Shown here in pieces: positions 60,071-64,000 of a DNA stretch of 64,000 nucleotides. This stretch comes from an uncultured Actinomycetota bacterium. GTDB lineage: Bacteria; Actinomycetota; Actinomycetes; JACCUZ01. Below the pieces are notes generated by a model. That model saw only the letters and a list, made by a program, of their open reading frames with translations, was not told where the DNA came from and made no database searches. How positions within the stretch are numbered: position 1 is the stretch's first letter; the number at the start of each line of letters is the position of its first letter. The stretch lies in the NCBI GenBank assembly GCA_963723975.1, contig CAVRTI010000022.1:463613-527612 (forward strand). The letters run 5' to 3'. The position numbers and the translations under genes are program-made.

Positions 60071-62254
60071 ATGATGTCGAAGTCTCTATACCGTCTTGGC
60101 CACCTGGCTGCCCGTCGCCCCTGGGTCGTGATCGGCTCCTGGCTGGTGCTCGCGGTCGTCGTCGTGGGGGCTTCCGGCGCCTTCGGGCACCGGCTCAAGG
60201 ACTCCATGCAGGTGCCGGGTCTCGACTCCCAGCAGGCGAGCGAGCTGATGGCCGCTGCCGGTGCGAGTGACGCCGGTCTGACCGCTCAGGTGGTGGTGAC
60301 CCCGTTGGACGACGACGCGACGTTCTTCGACTCGGCGGAGGCACGCTCTGCGCTCGCGACGCTGCAGAGCGACGCCGCGGCGCTGCCCCACGTCCTCAGG
60401 ACGACGGATGTCGTTTCGCCAGACGGGCGCGTCGCGCTCATCCGCCTGCAGTACCCGCTCGTCGACGAGCTCTCAGCACAAGACCTCAGCAACCTGAAGG
60501 CGTTCGGCGCCGAGGCCGAGGCGGGTTCCCCACTGCGGCTCGAGATGGGTGGCGACCTCTACTGGGCGTTCGAGCAGCCGCAGCCCGCCGTGGGCGAGCT
60601 CATCGGGCTGCTGGTTGCTGCGCTCATCCTCTTCCTCGCCTTCGGGTCCCTGATCGCCACGGCTCTCCCGCTCGGCACCGCGGTGCTCGGACTCACCGTC
60701 GGTGTCAGCTCCATGTCACTTCTCGCCAACGTCATCGACATCCCGAGCTGGGCGCCGGTCCTCGGTGCCATGGTGGGGCTGGGGGTGGGCATCGACTACG
60801 CCTTGTTCATCGTCACCCGGCACCGTGACTACCTTGCTCGCGGCCTGCCTGTGGCGGAGTCGGTCGGCTCGGCGCTGGCTACGGCCGGCAAGCCGGTGGT
60901 GGTCGCCGGGGGCATCGTCGTCGTGGCGATCCTCGGGCTGGTCGTGGCCGGCGTCCCGTTCATGACCGCAGGTGGCATCGCGGTCTCGGTCGTCGTTCTC
61001 GTCATGGTGGCCGTCTCGGTAACGCTGCTGCCTGCGTTCCTAGGCCTGGCCGGGCCGCACATCAACCGGCGCGGGCATCGTTCCGCGCACGGCGGTATCG
61101 ACGGCTCCGTGAACCCGGGTTGGTCACGATGGGTCCGGCACGTGACCCGCAACCCTTGGCCGTACGCCGTGGGCGTCACCGTTCTGTTGCTCGCTCTCGC
61201 CGCGCCGGTGGTTGCGCTGCGTCCCGGCATCCCCGACGACGGTGCGCTGCCCGAGAGCCGGACCGAGCGCCGGGCGTACGACCTGGTGGCCCACGGGTTC
61301 GGTCCGGGCAGCAACGGTCCGGTGGTGGTCGCCGTCGACATCGCCGAGGATCCGACCGTGGTCGATCCTCTGGTGGCGGCGGTCAGGGCCGACCCGGGGA
61401 TCGCCTCGGTGGGTGCCCCGGAGGTGCACGCAGGCGCGGGTGTCGCTGTCATCGTCGCCATCCCGACGACGGGGCCACAGGACGCCGCCACGCAGGCGAC
61501 GGTCGAGCGGTTGCGGGGGGAAGTACTGCCCAGCGCGCTCGCCACCAGCCCCGCGCGGGCACACGTCGGTGGTCAGACGGCGAACTTCGCCGACGTCGGT
61601 GCGCGCGTCAACGAACGGCTCCCGGTGCTGATCGCCGCGGTGCTCACGATGTCGTTCGTCCTCCTGATGCTCGTCTTCCGGTCCGTGCTGGTGCCGCTGA
61701 AGGCAGTGGTCCTCAACCTGCTCAGCATCGGTGCGGCGTACGGCGTCATGGTCATGGTGTTCCAGTGGGGCTGGGCCGCCGGTCTGATCGGACTCGAGTC
61801 GACGGTGCCGATCGTCTCCTTCATCCCGATGTTCATGTTCGCGATCCTGTTCGGGCTCTCGATGGACTACGAGGTGTTCCTGTTGTCCCGGGTGCGCGAG
61901 GAGTTCGTCGCCACAGGCGACAACAAGAGGTCGATCGTCCGCGGCATCTCCTCGACGGGGCGGGTCATCACGTCGGCTGCGCTCATCATGATCTCGGTGT
62001 TCCTTGCCTTCGTCCTCGGGGAGGACGCGGCGACGAAGATGTTCGGCCTTGGCCTGGCCACGGCAATCTTCGTCGACGTCACCCTCGTCCGCATGGTGCT
62101 GGTGCCGGCGACCATGACCCTGCTCGGCGACGCCAACTGGTGGATCCCGAGGACGCTCGACCGACGGCTCCCGAGCCTGCGCCACGAAGGGGAGGAGCTG
62201 CCATCGGATCAGCTGCGCCAACGGCCATCTCCGATGCAGGTGGGTCGAGGTTGA
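60071..62254 (+). CDS. MMPL/RND-family membrane transporter
   Basis: ATG 60071 is preceded by GGAGGA (60058-60063). The 727-aa product has two 6-TM bundles and MMPL blocks (…GVGIDYALFIVTRHR…, …GLSMDYEVFLLSRVREE…). It is divergent from the kinase gene. Confidence 0.9.
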   Translation: MMSKSLYRLGHLAARRPWVVIGSWLVLAVVVVGASGAFGHRLKDSMQVPGLDSQQASELMAAAGASDAGLTAQVVVTPLDDDATFFDSAEARSALATLQSDAAALPHVLRTTDVVSPDGRVALIRLQYPLVDELSAQDLSNLKAFGAEAEAGSPLRLEMGGDLYWAFEQPQPAVGELIGLLVAALILFLAFGSLIATALPLGTAVLGLTVGVSSMSLLANVIDIPSWAPVLGAMVGLGVGIDYALFIVTRHRDYLARGLPVAESVGSALATAGKPVVVAGGIVVVAILGLVVAGVPFMTAGGIAVSVVVLVMVAVSVTLLPAFLGLAGPHINRRGHRSAHGGIDGSVNPGWSRWVRHVTRNPWPYAVGVTVLLLALAAPVVALRPGIPDDGALPESRTERRAYDLVAHGFGPGSNGPVVVAVDIAEDPTVVDPLVAAVRADPGIASVGAPEVHAGAGVAVIVAIPTTGPQDAATQATVERLRGEVLPSALATSPARAHVGGQTANFADVGARVNERLPVLIAAVLTMSFVLLMLVFRSVLVPLKAVVLNLLSIGAAYGVMVMVFQWGWAAGLIGLESTVPIVSFIPMFMFAILFGLSMDYEVFLLSRVREEFVATGDNKRSIVRGISSTGRVITSAALIMISVFLAFVLGEDAATKMFGLGLATAIFVDVTLVRMVLVPATMTLLGDANWWIPRTLDRRLPSLRHEGEELPSDQLRQRPSPMQVGRG

Positions 62255-62625
62255 CAGAGTGGCGCCAGCCAAAACAAGGATCTATCGGCCACCCCGCCGG
62301 ACGTCTGACCCATAGCCTGGCTGGGCCACGGGCTGGCGTCAGTCAACTAGTAGCCGTTTGAGTCCGTCGGGCTGCCAGTCCAGGGCGAGCGATCTCGCCC
62401 GCGCCGCGCAATGACCGGCCAGTGGAGAGCTGGCACTACCGACACCCCGTTGGGTGCCACATCCCTTCTGTCGGCGTCACTCGCGGCGGTATAACGCGGC
62501 CGCATGGGTGTCTGGATCGGGGGCGCGCACATCAAGGTCAGCGTGGGTAGGTGCCGCGGGACAGCGGGAGCCGCCCACGGATTTCCAGTTGCGCAGACTG
62601 CCGGCCCGTACGGCAGGCAATTCGT

Positions 62626-63190
62626 GTGCTGAGGACAGATCGGCTGCTGCTGCGTACGTGGCGGCCCGGAAGACCGGAAGGCGTTCGCCCGGATGAACGC
62701 AGACCCCAAGGTGATGGAGTTCTTCGTCTCCCCGATGACCCGCAAGGACGGCGGCGCACTCGTCGACCGGATCGAGGCGGGCTTCGTCGAGCGCGGGTTC
62801 GGGCTGTGGGCGGTGGAAGAGATTGGCACGGGCACGTTCATGGGCTTCGCCGCACCTCCACCAGACGTTCGAGGCCGCCTTCACGCCCGCGTTCGAGATC
62901 GGCTACAGGCTCGCCGGATGCCTGGGGTCAGGGCTACGCCACCGAGGCCGCGAAGGGAAGCGGTGAGGTACGGCTTCGAGCGCGCCTGACGCGCCGAGAT
63001 CGTGTCGATGACCGCAATCCCAAACATCCGCTCGCAGGCGGTCATGAACAAGCTCGGCATAACCCATGACCCATGGCCCGGCCAACAACTCGACCGCCCG
63101 CGCGTGCCGGACGGCCACCCACTCGAGCGGCACGTCCTGTATCGGCTAACGGTCGAGCAATGTCGCGCCAAGGGGTGGCGGATGGGAACA
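62626..63190 (+). pseudogene. GNAT-family (RimJ/RimL-like) N-acetyltransferase, multiple frame changes plus in-frame TGA (62987-62989); 3' end uncertain
   Basis: Reads LRTDRLLLRTWRP…|MNADPKVMEFF…GFGLWAVEE…GTFMGFA|…FEIGYRLA|PDAWGQGYATEAAK|…VRYGFERA*RAEIVSMTAIPNIRSQAVMNKLGI…HVLYRL over ORFs 62551.., 62693.., 63002... Confidence 0.7.
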
Positions 63191-63198
63191 CCGACACG

Positions 63199-63693
63199 TC
63201 ATGCATGGCGACCGGCGGCGGCTGAGTGCGTTCCGAAGGGGACTTCATCGCTTGAGGCTGCGATTTTTGCGGCGGGAAGTCGCGGCTGCTCTCGGGCGCC
63301 TGTGGCCAACTGGCTGACCTTCATGTCGCCGGTTGGGGATCCGCTATCGGTGAAGAGCCGCGGCTCTATCCGAGCATCGACCGCGACCAGAAGAGCGGCG
63401 CAGATTTCTCGTCTCCGTGCCTCGGCCACCCGTCCGAGGCATTCGACAAGGATCGCGATCGAGACGCTTTCGATCGAGTCGAGATTGACCGCTGTGCGAA
63501 GTGGCACGGGGTCGTCGCCGGGTTCGAGGAGAACTTCGCTCGGGAGGCCGCGGATGGTGGTCATGCAGGGGGCTATGAGTGCACGGCGATGGCGCGGGAT
63601 GACTGCGTCGCGAGACAGGACAACGACGGGCCTGCGGCCAATCTCTCCCATCTCGCACCACCACGCCTCCCCTCGCGAGGGGAAGTCCGTCGC
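63199..63693 (-). pseudogene. MazF/PemK-family toxin homologue lacking a start codon and with a run-on C-terminus
   Basis: Within ORF 63199..63942, …[87 protein letters not shown]… is PemK-like. The conserved part ends near 63380, but the frame stays open to 63199. Confidence 0.6.
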
Positions 63694-63924
63694 GACGCCG
63701 CGACCGCCCGTCGGAACGAGGACAAGTCTCCCCATTCGTCGGGCTCGTCGAGCGGGTGCGCGTCGTAGGCAGCGTCGCTGGCGTCCACTTCGGCCGGAGC
63801 GGTGACGAGCCAACAGGGCAGCGAGCGCTTCGTCAACAAGTGCGGAGTCAATCTTCCCGGTCGCCTTCCGGGCGCCTTCGAGGAGGTGGGCATCCACCGT
63901 GGTGCTCAAGCGTGTGCGACTCAT
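63690..63924 (-). pseudogene. MazE-like antitoxin (RHH/antitoxin N-terminus, acidic …[12 protein letters not shown]… C-terminus); frame change ~63794, no stop at the expected position
   Basis: ATG 63924 gives [43 protein letters not shown]. The frame of ORF 63573..63893 then continues [34 protein letters not shown]. Confidence 0.55.
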
Positions 63925-63950
63925 GCCACAATCATGCCACAATCATGCCA
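63922..63950. repeat. 11-bp tandem direct repeat (CATGCCACAAT x ~2.6) covering the antitoxin start codon and its upstream region
   Basis: tCATGCCACAATCATGCCACAATCATGCCAagg. On the coding (minus) strand this reads TGGCATGATTG TGGCATGATTG TGGCATGA(gt), and the last copy contains the ATG. Confidence 0.8.
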
Positions 63951-64000
63951 AGGCGGGGCTCAGCCTCGATCCACCGAGGCTCAGGGGTCACGATTGAGCT

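Noticed and set aside
1-64000. Programmed ribosomal frameshifting or transcriptional slippage as the explanation for the frame breaks.
   Set aside because: The breaks are too numerous, occur in both directions, and show no common slippery heptamer or stimulatory structure. They also fall in genes such as tkt, tal and pgi for which no recoding is known.
1-64000. CRISPR arrays, rRNA genes and tRNA genes.
   Set aside because: Reading the intergenic regions, I saw no regularly spaced direct repeats, no rRNA-like stretches and no cloverleaf-compatible 70-90 nt segments. A tRNAscan or Infernal run would be needed to exclude them formally.

Overview
This is a 64-kb stretch of very G+C-rich actinobacterial chromosome, densely coding on both strands. 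The G+C content looks above 70% in the first ~50 kb, but I judged it by eye and did not compute it.

Gene content from left to right:
- An OmpR-type response regulator and histidine kinase pair.
- ctaB, divergent from a translationally coupled pentose-phosphate operon tkt-tal-pgi-zwf-opcA-pgl.
- Small conserved genes: DUF2277, a MerB-like lyase and an SRPBCC protein.
- An ArsR-SulP/STAS operon and a secreted beta-propeller protein.
- VOC, cupin, MoaD-like and BNR-repeat genes.
- A hydantoinase A/B + C-N hydrolase block, next to ADP-ribosylglycohydrolase, PfkB kinase and nucleotidyltransferase genes.
- trmB and a LysE exporter.
- A CoxS/M/L/G-type molybdenum hydroxylase beside an NCS2 nucleobase permease and a DUF2877-FdrA-DUF1116 (AllH/AllF/AllG-like) cluster.
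- PP2C phosphatase, MFS transporter and VOC genes.
- A CoxD/CoxE/XdhC/MocA cofactor-maturation module.
- The housekeeping genes aroH-tyrA-cmk-der.
- From ~50.5 kb onward, a compositionally different and partly decayed accessory region. It holds a cyclase, a secreted PD40-like protein, a hyuB relic, a YecM-like VOC protein, a 5'-truncated IS110 transposase relic, a quinone oxidoreductase, an aldo/keto reductase pseudogene, a RibD_C/DHFR-like gene, a LuxR-type two-component pair divergent from an MMPL transporter, a GNAT pseudogene and a degenerate MazEF-like module.

I recognised no rRNA, tRNA or CRISPR array.

The most striking window-wide property is roughly 45 single-nucleotide reading-frame breaks in more than 20 otherwise well-conserved genes, including tkt and tal. 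Draft-quality sequence is the simplest explanation, so many CDS spans below deliberately bridge frame changes.

I could not demonstrate a clearly novel multi-gene system from the sequence alone. The best follow-up candidates are:
- the orphan MoaD-like/BNR-propeller/cupin trio;
- the AllH/F/G-like cluster without a carbamate kinase, next to a form-II CoxL-type hydroxylase;
- the hydantoinase/nitrilase/ADP-ribosylglycohydrolase/PfkB block;
- the inverted hyuB relic at the edge of the accessory region;
- the decayed toxin-antitoxin locus with an 11-bp tandem operator-like repeat.
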